DNA from: a bacterium
GTDB taxonomy: Bacteria > Patescibacteriota > UBA1384 > CAILIB01 > JAUSJZ01
Direction of reading: 5' to 3'
Length of the DNA stretch: 56,874 nt
Assembly: GCA_030647115.1 (NCBI GenBank)
Contig: JAUSJZ010000040.1
Location: 1-56,874 of the forward strand
Of the stretch, positions 27,057-37,292 are shown in pieces (position 1 is the first letter of the stretch; each line of letters starts with the position of its first letter). The notes beneath the pieces are model-generated. The model saw only the letters and a list, made by a program, of their open reading frames with translations, did no database searches and had not been told where the DNA came from. The translations under genes and the position numbers were made by a program.

Positions 27057-29951
27057 CTAGCCCTTTGTTGCCTTTAAATCACGCCACCACGATCTGGCCA
27101 GATAGGCTAAGCTCCCTAAAATACTGATCAGTGACAACGCACTGAAGAAGTAGATCTGGTTGGCCGGTACATAGACTAGAGCAAAGTCACCATTTAAACC
27201 GGCCGGTACCCACCAACCATTCAAGCCGAAGTTAGAATCAAAATGATCGGCGATTATCTTACCGGTACCCAGATGTTGTAACCGCCAATTACTATCAAAA
27301 ACGGCACTATAGTTAACTACCCCACCACTATTATTCTCGGAGACGCTAAAGGTGCGCCGCGCCTCATTGTGGCGTTGGTAATTGCCGACCTTAAAACTGA
27401 CCGCATTATCATTATAGTTACTGCTTTGTAAGACCACGTTGGTTAAGTACTGATAATCATCTGACAAGTGAAAAAGCGGCAATTGTTGCACCAGCGCATT
27501 AGAGAAACCACTATCCCCTTCAACTTTCAAACTGATGCGAAAACGATCGTATTGGCGATCTGTCCGATAAACAGTGAAGACATCAGCTTGGGTAAGAGGA
27601 ACCTGATCACCGTAGCGCGGTTCGTATTCACCCGTCAGAGAGACTCCGGAACCGGTCACCTTACCCTTGAAATGGGCGATGAAGAGACCCTGCGATTCAC
27701 TGTCTGGCAAGGTACGTTGTAGACAGGCTCGAATGCCATACTTATCGGTTATACCGGTAACCCGGTCGAAGAGAGCGCGGTCACTCTCTAAGCGACCGAC
27801 GCAGCTGAACCAAGACTTACTGTTCTTACCCAAGTCGGGTACCACCGAAGCAGACTCGTCCGCCGTAGTCAGATCAATGCTTAAGACGTGCTCTCCGGTC
27901 GTAAGCTGACTGACATCATATTGGTTGTAGGTTTTAGTACCGAATTGCTTGGTGTCGCTCACCGTTAGCTGATTTTGGTCTAAACGATAAGCCAAATTAC
28001 CGTCCGGTTTCGGTAAATAAAGACGATAGTCACCGTCTTTAGGTACGGTTAACGGCCAGCTCACTACTCCTTGGGAGATCTTACTTAAATCGTGTTTGGG
28101 AGCTAATAAAATCAAACTGGCCTTATCAACGTAGTTACTGTAATTCTCTTGCACCATATTAATCATCACCACCGCATTTTGACGAACATCGGGTTTAATA
28201 AGATCGACAAACCCGTCAATATTAGTGCTCTCGGTGATTATCAACCCCGCCGAACCGTAAACCGGACCCGGGCTGTTCTGATACTCGAAGATAGTAGTCA
28301 CTGTCCCCGCCTCGTCGGTTATGGTACGCTCACTGCTAAAAAGCTTGGTATTGCGCCAGTCATTCAAATATTGCGCCTGACTCTTGTTGGTATATTGATA
28401 TATCTCATTGGCCGGGTCACCGGGGATAGCCACTAAAGAGACATTGTCGGAATCTAACAGAAAGGGTAATAATTTATTACTGGCCAGCTCCTCCACTCCC
28501 CGTCGCATCAGGGGAAAATTTTTCCAGTTGTTATATTGCAACGTGTTGGCATCAAGGGTTGATAGCTGGTTAGTAAAGAGAGTATTACGATAAAGGCGGG
28601 GTACCCATAGTATTCGGCTTTCAGTGGCATCATCGGCAATCTGTTCGCGGAGAACTTGACTGACAGCCGTAAACCGTTGCTGTTTTATGAAAGTACCGTC
28701 AATGCGTTGCTGCCATAAATCAAGGTGTCCAAAGATAAAGATCGCCGTAAAAAAAGCAATACTAACACTCACTGCCAGCTGCCAATGCCGACGACTGATG
28801 TATTTAAAGGCCCGTTGCCACCCGAGGGCAAAGAGCAGGCTATAACAGAAGGCAATGAGGGTAAAAAACTTGGCTGGGTCACGAAAGACCTTAAAACCCG
28901 GCAGATGATCAAACAAGTAAGCGTAAGTAATACCATAGGGTGCATTGATACCCTTGGCCAGAAAGATGCCGACTGTGGCTAAGACAATTAATGATAATAC
29001 CAGGCGGCGTTCTTTTTTAACGAACAGGCTGAAGAGAATAAAGATTAAGATCAGACCATACAACATGTTCGGGTCGTATCTAGTACCGGTCACTACGGTC
29101 GGCCACCAGAGATGGTGCAAAAACAGAGCGTGTTGAAGAGTCGAATAGCTCAAGGAGTAAACCCAACCGACATTGTCGTAACCGGCCAAAGTTATACCAC
29201 CGGCACTACTTTTGACCCCGAACATACCGTAAAGCCAGTAGAGATTTTGCAGTAAAAATAGGCCGATTGTTAGCAGTAAGCTCTTAATGAACTGCTTACT
29301 CGATGGCCGAGTAATCGGCCAGCGGGCCAGTAACCAGACCAACATTATAGGTACCGTCAAAATAAAAAAACGAGGGTCATACAATATCTGTAATTGGATA
29401 ATCAACGTCAGGACAATCACCCGTGATAGTTTCGGTTTGGCCATCAATCGATCTTGGGCCAGAATTATCCACGGTATCAGACCGTAGCCGACAGCCCCCA
29501 ACATTTGGCCGCCGGTAAAAATGATTAGAGCATAACTATTGAACAGATATAAGGTCGCGGCCAGAAAAGCAGCTAAACGTGATTGCCATAAATGTTTAGC
29601 CAAGCACCACATACCGGTGAGGGTAACAAGCAGACTGAAACCAAAATAGAAGATAATACTTAAGGAACTGAAATCTAACTTGGTCAACAGATAAACCAGA
29701 CCGATGACGAACCGCAGGGGGGTGCTGTGCAGTGTCAGCCCCAAATAACTGGTAATGCCGTAACTCTCTTCTAACAGTTGCGGCCAGAAGGCATATTCGT
29801 TGACCCGTTCCGGGTTGATGTAAAACCAGTCGCCGGCCGAAATTACCCCCGGGCCAAACCACCGCCCAAAACCAACCGCTACCATTAACAGCAAAACCAA
29901 CTGGTAGCGATAGGTAAACAAAAAACGACCCCACTTTTGGAGAGTTTTCAT
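27057..29951 (-). CDS. Large polytopic GT-C-like protein (AftD/YfhO-like), paralog 3
   Basis: ISAGDW, LYLFNSY..GGQM, LAKGINAPY..YAYLFDHLPGFKVFRDPAKF, RILWVP, FDSNW..SNFGLNGW, C-terminal TM. Confidence 0.75.
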   Translation of the reverse strand: MKTLQKWGRFLFTYRYQLVLLLMVAVGFGRWFGPGVISAGDWFYINPERVNEYAFWPQLLEESYGITSYLGLTLHSTPLRFVIGLVYLLTKLDFSSLSIIFYFGFSLLVTLTGMWCLAKHLWQSRLAAFLAATLYLFNSYALIIFTGGQMLGAVGYGLIPWIILAQDRLMAKPKLSRVIVLTLIIQLQILYDPRFFILTVPIMLVWLLARWPITRPSSKQFIKSLLLTIGLFLLQNLYWLYGMFGVKSSAGGITLAGYDNVGWVYSLSYSTLQHALFLHHLWWPTVVTGTRYDPNMLYGLILIFILFSLFVKKERRLVLSLIVLATVGIFLAKGINAPYGITYAYLFDHLPGFKVFRDPAKFFTLIAFCYSLLFALGWQRAFKYISRRHWQLAVSVSIAFFTAIFIFGHLDLWQQRIDGTFIKQQRFTAVSQVLREQIADDATESRILWVPRLYRNTLFTNQLSTLDANTLQYNNWKNFPLMRRGVEELASNKLLPFLLDSDNVSLVAIPGDPANEIYQYTNKSQAQYLNDWRNTKLFSSERTITDEAGTVTTIFEYQNSPGPVYGSAGLIITESTNIDGFVDLIKPDVRQNAVVMINMVQENYSNYVDKASLILLAPKHDLSKISQGVVSWPLTVPKDGDYRLYLPKPDGNLAYRLDQNQLTVSDTKQFGTKTYNQYDVSQLTTGEHVLSIDLTTADESASVVPDLGKNSKSWFSCVGRLESDRALFDRVTGITDKYGIRACLQRTLPDSESQGLFIAHFKGKVTGSGVSLTGEYEPRYGDQVPLTQADVFTVYRTDRQYDRFRISLKVEGDSGFSNALVQQLPLFHLSDDYQYLTNVVLQSSNYNDNAVSFKVGNYQRHNEARRTFSVSENNSGGVVNYSAVFDSNWRLQHLGTGKIIADHFDSNFGLNGWWVPAGLNGDFALVYVPANQIYFFSALSLISILGSLAYLARSWWRDLKATKG

Positions 29952-29954
29952 CAC

Positions 29955-31088
29955 CTAAAAAAAGGTTTTCCTCATCTTGTCTACCGAGGCGTCAATCGAA
30001 TATTTTTCCCCCTGTAGTCGCAACCGTTTCTGCCAGCCCAGAAAAACTTGATGATTTTTCTGCCAGAGATTATAGACGTCAGCCAACCTGGCGGCGATTG
30101 TCTTTGAATCAAGCGGGTCAATGAACCACCCCGTCTTACCTTCGCTAATCATCAAAACCGGACCTTCGGCTTTAGAGGCCAATACCGGCGCACCGGTCGC
30201 CATGGCTTCCACAATCACCAGACCGAAAGGCTCTTGGCGCGATGGCAGAAAAAAGACGTCACACGATTGAAAATACGGTACCGGTTGGGTGGTATAGCCG
30301 ACCAAATCGATCTGTTTGGGGTATTTCTCTTTCAGCTCTTTAAGATAATGCTCCATCGAGCCGGAACCGATAAAGCGAAAACAGACGTCTTCAGCCCCAC
30401 TCTTTTTCAAGAACCGGGCGATACCTTTAGCCGCTAGGTCGGGTGCTTTCTGCACCTCAAATCGCCCGGCAAAGAGAAAAGTTAATGTCTTCGGGTCGCG
30501 TTGGTCCGGTTTCGCTACGAATTTATCGACGTCGACCCCGCTCGGTATAAAATTAATATGCGGCAGTCGCCATTTTTTTAATTTCTGATATTCGCCGGGG
30601 TTAAGCGCCATAAAACCATCAAATGACGGCATGGTCAAGTAGCGCGAGATGGTAGCCACATACCAGTTATGCCAGCGATTCTCGTAAAACAAGGGGGCGT
30701 GGATACCGACGATTACCTTGGTACCAAAGCGGCGTTTAAGGCGTCTGATAAGTAAATCTTGACCGATAAAACCGAAGATAAAGTGCACCGCATCGGCCCA
30801 TTCAAAGGCCTCGGCCAAGACCTGTTCCGCTTGCTTATCGGGCACGCGAGCCGCCCCACCCCAAGCCGAACGGGTATGCACTTCGGTATAGCTAATCGAG
30901 CCTAACCGCTGGCGTACTTCAACCTCGGGCAAGTCGTTGTTGCCGAAGTCGCCGGTGATAATTTTGACCTCATAACCGGCTTTTTTTAATCTGGTAGTGA
31001 CATCGATATGCCAACGCTCACAGCCACCACCGTGCATGAGATGGACGGGGCTGTAAAAGAGTATTTTGTTGACTTTTCGTTCACTCAT
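29955..31088 (-). CDS. Glycosyltransferase family 4
   Basis: GGGCER, IPSGVD, FAGRFEVQKA, PSRQEPFGLVIVEAMATGAPV. Confidence 0.93.
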   Translation of the reverse strand: MSERKVNKILFYSPVHLMHGGGCERWHIDVTTRLKKAGYEVKIITGDFGNNDLPEVEVRQRLGSISYTEVHTRSAWGGAARVPDKQAEQVLAEAFEWADAVHFIFGFIGQDLLIRRLKRRFGTKVIVGIHAPLFYENRWHNWYVATISRYLTMPSFDGFMALNPGEYQKLKKWRLPHINFIPSGVDVDKFVAKPDQRDPKTLTFLFAGRFEVQKAPDLAAKGIARFLKKSGAEDVCFRFIGSGSMEHYLKELKEKYPKQIDLVGYTTQPVPYFQSCDVFFLPSRQEPFGLVIVEAMATGAPVLASKAEGPVLMISEGKTGWFIDPLDSKTIAARLADVYNLWQKNHQVFLGWQKRLRLQGEKYSIDASVDKMRKTFF

Positions 31089-32298
31089 TATTTTTTTGTC
31101 GAATTAGCGACTGCCACTTTTGCTCGTACTGCGCGACGATCACAGACCAATCATACACTTTTTTAACCCGTTCCAAAGCGGAGTCTGACATCTGCTTAAT
31201 CTGTTTGGGCTCACGCAGCAATTTATCTAGAGCGGTTGCTAAACGTTCGACATCATCGACCGGGAAGGTATAACCGACCTCTTTGGTCACAATATCGATG
31301 ATGCCGCCGGTGGCGCTAGCGACAAGGGGCAAACCGGCCGCCATGGCCTCTAACAACGTCTGTCCAAACGGCTCCGCCCGCGTCGGTGAGACAAAGATAC
31401 CGGCTTCAGCGTAGTAACGACCCACTTTTTTATTATCCACAAACCCCCAAAACCGAACCTTGGACTCCAATTGCAATTCTCTGGCCAACTTTTTCAGGTT
31501 GTCTTCTTCAGGGCCATTACCGACCACCCAGAGACGCGCCCGAGGGTGAAAGCGGACGATCCTAGACCAGGCCGACAACAAGACATCGATACCCTTTCGT
31601 TTAATGAGATAACAGACCGCCAAGACAATCTGGTTATTGTGTTTGATGCCGGCGGGCGGAGAAGCATATTTAGAGATATCGATACCGGCCGGAACCACCG
31701 ACACCTTTGTTTTCGGCAGACTCTGACGGTAGTAAACCGCGGCCTCGGCCGTCACCGCAAAGAGATGATCGACGTGTTGCAGGGTGCGTCGGTACAAATT
31801 AGCCGCCGGTTGGCTAAGCAACCCAATTACGGGTCGGCTCAACTTTAAACGCCAATCGTCTGGTGTGCCGAGAGCGGTGGCCAGGTCAGCCTCTTCATCG
31901 GGTGGTTTCATGGCCGGCCCCATGGTAAAAGGGATATTTTTAAAAGACCCCTTGGCCGCCAACAGGTTCGGGGAGAGCGGGCTAATGGGAGCAAAATGGT
32001 GCACCACCTCAATGTCTTCGTCGGCAATTATTTTGGCCGCTAGTTTGGCTACCTGTCGGTAAAACTGGACCTTGCGCCAAATTTCGACCAGCGCGTTCGT
32101 CGTTCTAGCCTGACCAAAAATCGAAATGAGATGCACGTTGGGGTGGATTTGTCGGTCGTTCAGATCGGCCACGCCACAGATAGCCCAAACTTCATGGCCC
32201 CGCTCACCCAGCGCTTTTAAGGCGTAGTACGGCCAAGACGGCTCCGAACCGCGCTTATCGGAGACAAAGTAATGGGCTGGAGCAAAAAGAATTTTCAT
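31081..32298 (-). CDS. Glycosyltransferase family 4
   Basis: VPAGID, LIKRKGIDVL, VGNGPE, PTRAEPFGQTLLEAMAAGLPLVAS. Confidence 0.93.
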   Translation of the reverse strand: MKILFAPAHYFVSDKRGSEPSWPYYALKALGERGHEVWAICGVADLNDRQIHPNVHLISIFGQARTTNALVEIWRKVQFYRQVAKLAAKIIADEDIEVVHHFAPISPLSPNLLAAKGSFKNIPFTMGPAMKPPDEEADLATALGTPDDWRLKLSRPVIGLLSQPAANLYRRTLQHVDHLFAVTAEAAVYYRQSLPKTKVSVVPAGIDISKYASPPAGIKHNNQIVLAVCYLIKRKGIDVLLSAWSRIVRFHPRARLWVVGNGPEEDNLKKLARELQLESKVRFWGFVDNKKVGRYYAEAGIFVSPTRAEPFGQTLLEAMAAGLPLVASATGGIIDIVTKEVGYTFPVDDVERLATALDKLLREPKQIKQMSDSALERVKKVYDWSVIVAQYEQKWQSLIRQKNNE

Positions 32299-32369
32299 AC
32301 TATTCTATAATTCCATACCTTGTCTTTTTTACCTAGAGACGGAGTTTTGCAACGGATTCTTAATAAGGT

Positions 32370-33278
32370 ATGGTGGATATTGTGATTCACCATCATAAAG
32401 CCGGGCACAAAGCGTCAACTCACTATCAGACCGAGTCGGTCAAAGAGGGTCTCTCTTATTATCGTCTGGTCGGTGAGACCTATCATCATAATCGGCTCAA
32501 ACAGAAGCTGCACCGTTTAGTGGTGCAAAAAATCAATCAACTGAAAAAAAACGGTCAGACGACAGTCAAGCTACTCGATATCGGCTGCGACACCGGCGCC
32601 GATCTGTTTATGCTCCCGAAAGTTGCGGGCGTAACCGTAGCCCGATTCGGCACCGACATCTCAAAGGGGGCTATCGAACAGGCCACCGGTTTGGCCACCA
32701 AACGGGGCGAGAAAAACATTACGTTTCAAACGGTCAACGCCAACGAGCCCCAGCCGTTCGCCGACCACTCCTTTGATATCGTCACCTCTTCGGAGTTAAT
32801 TGAGCACATCGAAGACCCGGTCAAACTGCTTAATGAGATGGCCCGCCTGTTGCGCCCCCAAGGTATCGCCATCGTCACCACCCCGAATGAGCGATCGGTG
32901 CAAAAATTTATCTTAGAGAAGACTCTGCCCGCGAAAATCAGCCGTAGTTTAGAGTCGAGCCGTTCGGAAGGTTTCTACCGCCACGGGCCGACCACCCAGC
33001 TAAAACACGATGACTGGGATGAAGAGGCCCACATTAGCATTTACGGTGCCACCCAGTGGAAGAAGATCATTAAGAAATCACGTCTTAAATTAGATAAAAT
33101 GCAGGGGTCTAGCTTTTACGGCGGCCTGCCCGCTTTTGAGCGCTACCCGCTCTTAATGGGCCTGATGATTATCTTTGACGGTTTTATCAACCTCTTTGGG
33201 GCACTGCAACCGCACCTGCAGACCTGCGTCATTATGCAGCTAAGTCTGCGCAATGACTCGCAGACCGTCGCCCATTAG
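32370..33278 (+). CDS. Class I SAM-dependent methyltransferase
   Basis: LLDIGCDTG, PFADHSFDIVTSSELIEHIEDP, RLLRPQGIAIVTTPN. Confidence 0.9.
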   Translation: MVDIVIHHHKAGHKASTHYQTESVKEGLSYYRLVGETYHHNRLKQKLHRLVVQKINQLKKNGQTTVKLLDIGCDTGADLFMLPKVAGVTVARFGTDISKGAIEQATGLATKRGEKNITFQTVNANEPQPFADHSFDIVTSSELIEHIEDPVKLLNEMARLLRPQGIAIVTTPNERSVQKFILEKTLPAKISRSLESSRSEGFYRHGPTTQLKHDDWDEEAHISIYGATQWKKIIKKSRLKLDKMQGSSFYGGLPAFERYPLLMGLMIIFDGFINLFGALQPHLQTCVIMQLSLRNDSQTVAH

Positions 33279-34235
33279 CCACCGATCGGCCACTATTTTA
33301 TTGATCGGTTTATTCAAACCGGCTTCGAGTATATCTAACACGGTGATTTTAGGTTCATGATAACCGGTTTCTCCGACGGTCTGGTTGACCGGTTGGTTCT
33401 GATGCGCTACCGGCTGCACCCAATATGACTTTTGGGCCCGCTCCCAGGCACCGGTCAGACGCAGTAGTTTGACCGCAATTGTTAACAAACCGAACATCTT
33501 GCTACGTATCAGACCCTCCCGCGATAAGATATTAAAATGCGAAGTGGTCGTCTGTTTGATCTTAAAACCATTCCCAACGAGAGCCCGACGCAAGGTTTTC
33601 GGTCGAAAAAGGTGGATATGGAACGGCATATCAAAACCGACCCAACGATCGGTCGTCAGTTTACGGTAGATACTGTCATAGTTGGGGGTATCGATTATCA
33701 ACAGCCCGCCCGGTTTTAACCAGTGCTGGAAACGTTTTAGCGTTGCCTGAAAATCGGGGACGTGCTCAATGAGGTCAAAAGCCGTAATGACGTCGAATGA
33801 ATGAGCCGGTAGCTCGACCGCGTCGACCGAACCAACTTTTACATCAATGTCAAAATTGTCTTTAGCATAAGCGGCCGCGTCGGCCGAATATTCGATACCG
33901 GTAACCTGATGACCGGCCTGCTTCGCAAAGTGAAGAAAGTAACCTTTAGAGCAACCGACATCAAGTAATTTCGATTGGGCCGGTATGACCCGCTGGAGCT
34001 CCTGATAAAATTGCCGCGCCTGCTTGGCAAAATGCTCACTGTAAAAGGCATCGTAGTGATAGTCTTTGGTGTAAAAAGCGGCTAATTCGGTCTCGGTTGG
34101 CCGCGGGTTCATATAAACATGACCGCAGTCTTGACATTCGTTGATAAAAAACCAAGGCGAGTCGGTCCCTTTGGTCAATTCAAACCGCACCACCGAGGCC
34201 GCCGCCCCACAGAGCGCACAATTAACTGGTTGCAT
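33240..34235 (-). CDS. Class I SAM-dependent methyltransferase with N-terminal CxxC..CxxC zinc ribbon
   Basis: CALCG..CQDCG..MNPRP, LLDVGCSKG, FDVITAFDLIEHVPD, LKPGGLLIIDTPN. Confidence 0.9.
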   Translation of the reverse strand: MQPVNCALCGAAASVVRFELTKGTDSPWFFINECQDCGHVYMNPRPTETELAAFYTKDYHYDAFYSEHFAKQARQFYQELQRVIPAQSKLLDVGCSKGYFLHFAKQAGHQVTGIEYSADAAAYAKDNFDIDVKVGSVDAVELPAHSFDVITAFDLIEHVPDFQATLKRFQHWLKPGGLLIIDTPNYDSIYRKLTTDRWVGFDMPFHIHLFRPKTLRRALVGNGFKIKQTTTSHFNILSREGLIRSKMFGLLTIAVKLLRLTGAWERAQKSYWVQPVAHQNQPVNQTVGETGYHEPKITVLDILEAGLNKPINKIVADRWLMGDGLRVIAQT

Positions 34236-36558
34236 GGTGGCTCTTTAACAGCTGTTCTTCTTCGGCCGGTGTCGCTGCTAATTCTACCCCCTGGGCCAGA
34301 TCAAATTCTCGCTTGGCAATAGCCTCCCAAGAGAACCGCTCCACAAACTTAGCTCCCATATCGGCCAGTTCGGCCCGCTTGGCTTCAGGCAGAGTTAAGA
34401 GGTCAATGGCTGCTTTAACGGCCCCTTTTACATCACCCGTTTCGACAAAAGAGACCGCTTCACAGCTACGAATGCTCTCTTTGTAGACCGGCAGATCGTA
34501 ACAGAGGGGCAAAATGTGACAGCCTAAGGCCTCCTGCGGTACAATCCCCCAACCCTCCATCGTTGATAAAAACCAGGCCGTCTTCGATTGCTTAATGAGG
34601 CGATATTTCTCGGCTTCGGTGACAATACCCTTAAACACCCAATGGTCGAGCAACCCCTTCTGGGTCAACCGGTTTTCCAGATCGAGCTTCATTTCGGGAG
34701 TACAGGCCCCAACCGAGACAAGCTTGAAATTGGGAAAGCGTCTGACCAGAGCCGGCAACATATTAACGTAATCGTAGACCCCTTTGGTTTCAACGTGCCG
34801 TCCAATAAAGATGGCATCGTATTTTTTACTCTGGTTTGGTATCTGCCGTAACATACTTAAGTCGATACCCGTATAATTGACGGGCAGTTGACCTCTAATG
34901 CCTTGTTTATTTAAATCGTGAGCCAGGTCTTTCGAGATGGTCATGACCCGATCGACGTGATTGTGGATAAAATTATTCAGCACCGCCGCCCAAACTCGAC
35001 TATCGGTATTTTCGTTGCAATAGACCACCCGTTTGCCGGTCAGTAGTTTTAAAGTGGCCGCTCCAAAAGAAGTCACCAAAATTTCCGAATAGGGTAGATA
35101 GACAATGTCGTAGCGGTCGACTAAACGCCACCCGTACCAGGTAATTTTTACCATCGCTATCAGCCAGTTCAGGCTGCGCCCTAGTTTAAACGTCTTCTGC
35201 TCCAACCAAACAACGAAGCGGGGAATATGATAGGTAATTAGCTTGATTGAGTCCGACTCTACCCCTTTCATGATCGACGGGTCGCTGTCTAAGATGAGCA
35301 ATTGGCCGTCAGCGACACTGAATCTCTTTAAAATCTCGTAGGCCCGTCTAAAACCGCCAGCCGAGATATCTTTCTCACCCGGGTTCCACAGTACCGCCAA
35401 GATGCGGTTGGCCGCCCGATTGACTAACTGCAGTTTCATGGCCGTAAAAGCCCGCTCGAAGATGGCCGGCCATTCATTGGCACGGTGCATCTGTTTTAAG
35501 CCGGCTTGATAGGTGTGGGCCCGGTCTAAGGCAGTGATAATTTTAACGGCTAATTCGGTCGGTTCTTTAACCACTTCACCCGCCCGGTGTTTGACTAACT
35601 CCAATGAAACCTCGGGTACATCAGAGACTATCGGCACCACCCCGGTAGCGACGTATTCGCGTACCTTCATGGGGTCACAGTAATAGGTATAAGAGTCTTG
35701 TCGATTATACAGCGCCACCCCGGCCGTGGCGCGGGCCAATAAGTTTAGCGTCTGTTGATGCGATTTCTGGCCTAAGAAAGTAACATCTGACAGGTGATGC
35801 TGACGCACAATCTGTTGCAAGGCCGTGGCGTCGGGCCCCGAACCGATTATTTCTAACTTCGCGGCCGGTCTTTGCGCCTTAATATCGGGCCAGGCTTGCA
35901 GCAGATCTTGGAGCCCTTTAGTCAAGGTCAGATGCCCGACGAAGACCACCAGATTAGGGTCTTTCTTAGTAACAGTTAAGTGCAGATTGGCCGGTACGCC
36001 GTTAGGAACGTGGATAAGTGATTCGGCGCTCGAGCCTAACTGTTGCCGAACTTTGATCGCCCGTCGGCTAACGTTCCAGACAAAGTGGGCGCGGCGCGCC
36101 GACCAATCGTCAATGGTGCGGTAGATCTTGTTTAAGATTGGGTTATGGAAACGTTTAGGCGAGTAATCGACCGAGTAGAGCACCCAGGTTTTGATGGCGC
36201 GCCGTGGTACGGCCAAACTGGCACCGAGATAGTTCAAGGGGTTAGCCGCTATCAATAGATCTAAAACACCGTGCTGACGCAACAATCGTCGTAAAAATTT
36301 TTTGGTGTACCTGATATCGGCCCAGTAACGCCCCAGCCCAAAGTTAAACCGCTTCTGACTGACGCGATTTAATTCGACCCCCCGACCGAAGGTAATCTCT
36401 TCGATAGTCGTGTTGGAGCCAATGTCGAGCGGTAATTTAAGGACGTAAACACGAGCCGTCTCCTGCCCGGCGAGCCAATGAGCCAGGGCATCGGGTGGGC
36501 CGTAGAGCTCACTGGCGTGGGTAATGACCACGGCCGTCGCCACTGGTTGCTTGTTCAT
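34222..36558 (-). CDS. Tandem double GT4 glycosyltransferase fusion
   Basis: Two GT-B modules: VPNGV..FVGHLTLTKG..DPMKVREYVATG, and YTGID..FIGRHVETKG..STMEGWGIVPQEALGC. Confidence 0.88.
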   Translation of the reverse strand: MNKQPVATAVVITHASELYGPPDALAHWLAGQETARVYVLKLPLDIGSNTTIEEITFGRGVELNRVSQKRFNFGLGRYWADIRYTKKFLRRLLRQHGVLDLLIAANPLNYLGASLAVPRRAIKTWVLYSVDYSPKRFHNPILNKIYRTIDDWSARRAHFVWNVSRRAIKVRQQLGSSAESLIHVPNGVPANLHLTVTKKDPNLVVFVGHLTLTKGLQDLLQAWPDIKAQRPAAKLEIIGSGPDATALQQIVRQHHLSDVTFLGQKSHQQTLNLLARATAGVALYNRQDSYTYYCDPMKVREYVATGVVPIVSDVPEVSLELVKHRAGEVVKEPTELAVKIITALDRAHTYQAGLKQMHRANEWPAIFERAFTAMKLQLVNRAANRILAVLWNPGEKDISAGGFRRAYEILKRFSVADGQLLILDSDPSIMKGVESDSIKLITYHIPRFVVWLEQKTFKLGRSLNWLIAMVKITWYGWRLVDRYDIVYLPYSEILVTSFGAATLKLLTGKRVVYCNENTDSRVWAAVLNNFIHNHVDRVMTISKDLAHDLNKQGIRGQLPVNYTGIDLSMLRQIPNQSKKYDAIFIGRHVETKGVYDYVNMLPALVRRFPNFKLVSVGACTPEMKLDLENRLTQKGLLDHWVFKGIVTEAEKYRLIKQSKTAWFLSTMEGWGIVPQEALGCHILPLCYDLPVYKESIRSCEAVSFVETGDVKGAVKAAIDLLTLPEAKRAELADMGAKFVERFSWEAIAKREFDLAQGVELAATPAEEEQLLKSHHATS

Positions 36559-37292
36559 CGCGGTTTGGTGGCCGTTACGATTAAGTGGACAAAACCGGCC
36601 CCTCGGTTAAACTCGCGCTGGACCAGACGCGGCATAAAGCCCGCCGTCAATTTCTCGATACGCACCAACCGCATTGGATAATAAAAAAAGACCGAGAGAG
36701 CGTGCCACATCCGCCCCTTGATGAAGATTTGAATCGGTTGATAGCCAACTTGGTGGAGCATTTTAGCCAGTGAGTCGGCTCGGTAATGTCGATGCCCCAA
36801 AAACCACCAGGCCGGGTCTAAGATAGTCGATAACCAATTGGCGTGCGGCGTCGTGAGTACCAAAGTACCTCCCGGTTTAAGAACGCGGTAGATCTCGGCC
36901 AGCGCTCGCGGTTCGGTTTTAGGTGGAATATGCTCTAGCACCTCGAACAGGGCGACTTTAGTAAAGGTATTGTCGGCGAAGGGCAGCTGGTGGCTGACAT
37001 CGGCTACTTCGTATGAAATATTATGATACTTATTTATTTTGTTATTCTCGGCAATGAACGGCGCATCCATATCGACCCCCACCATTTTTTTTACCTTTTG
37101 GTGCAGTTGGTACTCCAACCAGCCACCCTTGCAACCGATATCCAAAACAATGTCATCTGGTTGAGCCTCTAACAGCTCCAACCCGGTCTTGGCATAGGCT
37201 ACCGGGGCGTGGGTACGCTCTTCGGTCTCGGGTCGAGCAATCAACCCGGTTTTGCTTTTACCGGCTTTGGTTTTACGTGTGCCTTTCGTCAT
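36555..37292 (-). CDS. Class I SAM-dependent methyltransferase
   Basis: VLDIGCKGG, LPFADNTF..FEVLEHIP, RVLKPGGTLVLTTP. Start placed at the ATGA overlap (37292). Confidence 0.9.
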   Translation of the reverse strand: MTKGTRKTKAGKSKTGLIARPETEERTHAPVAYAKTGLELLEAQPDDIVLDIGCKGGWLEYQLHQKVKKMVGVDMDAPFIAENNKINKYHNISYEVADVSHQLPFADNTFTKVALFEVLEHIPPKTEPRALAEIYRVLKPGGTLVLTTPHANWLSTILDPAWWFLGHRHYRADSLAKMLHQVGYQPIQIFIKGRMWHALSVFFYYPMRLVRIEKLTAGFMPRLVQREFNRGAGFVHLIVTATKPR

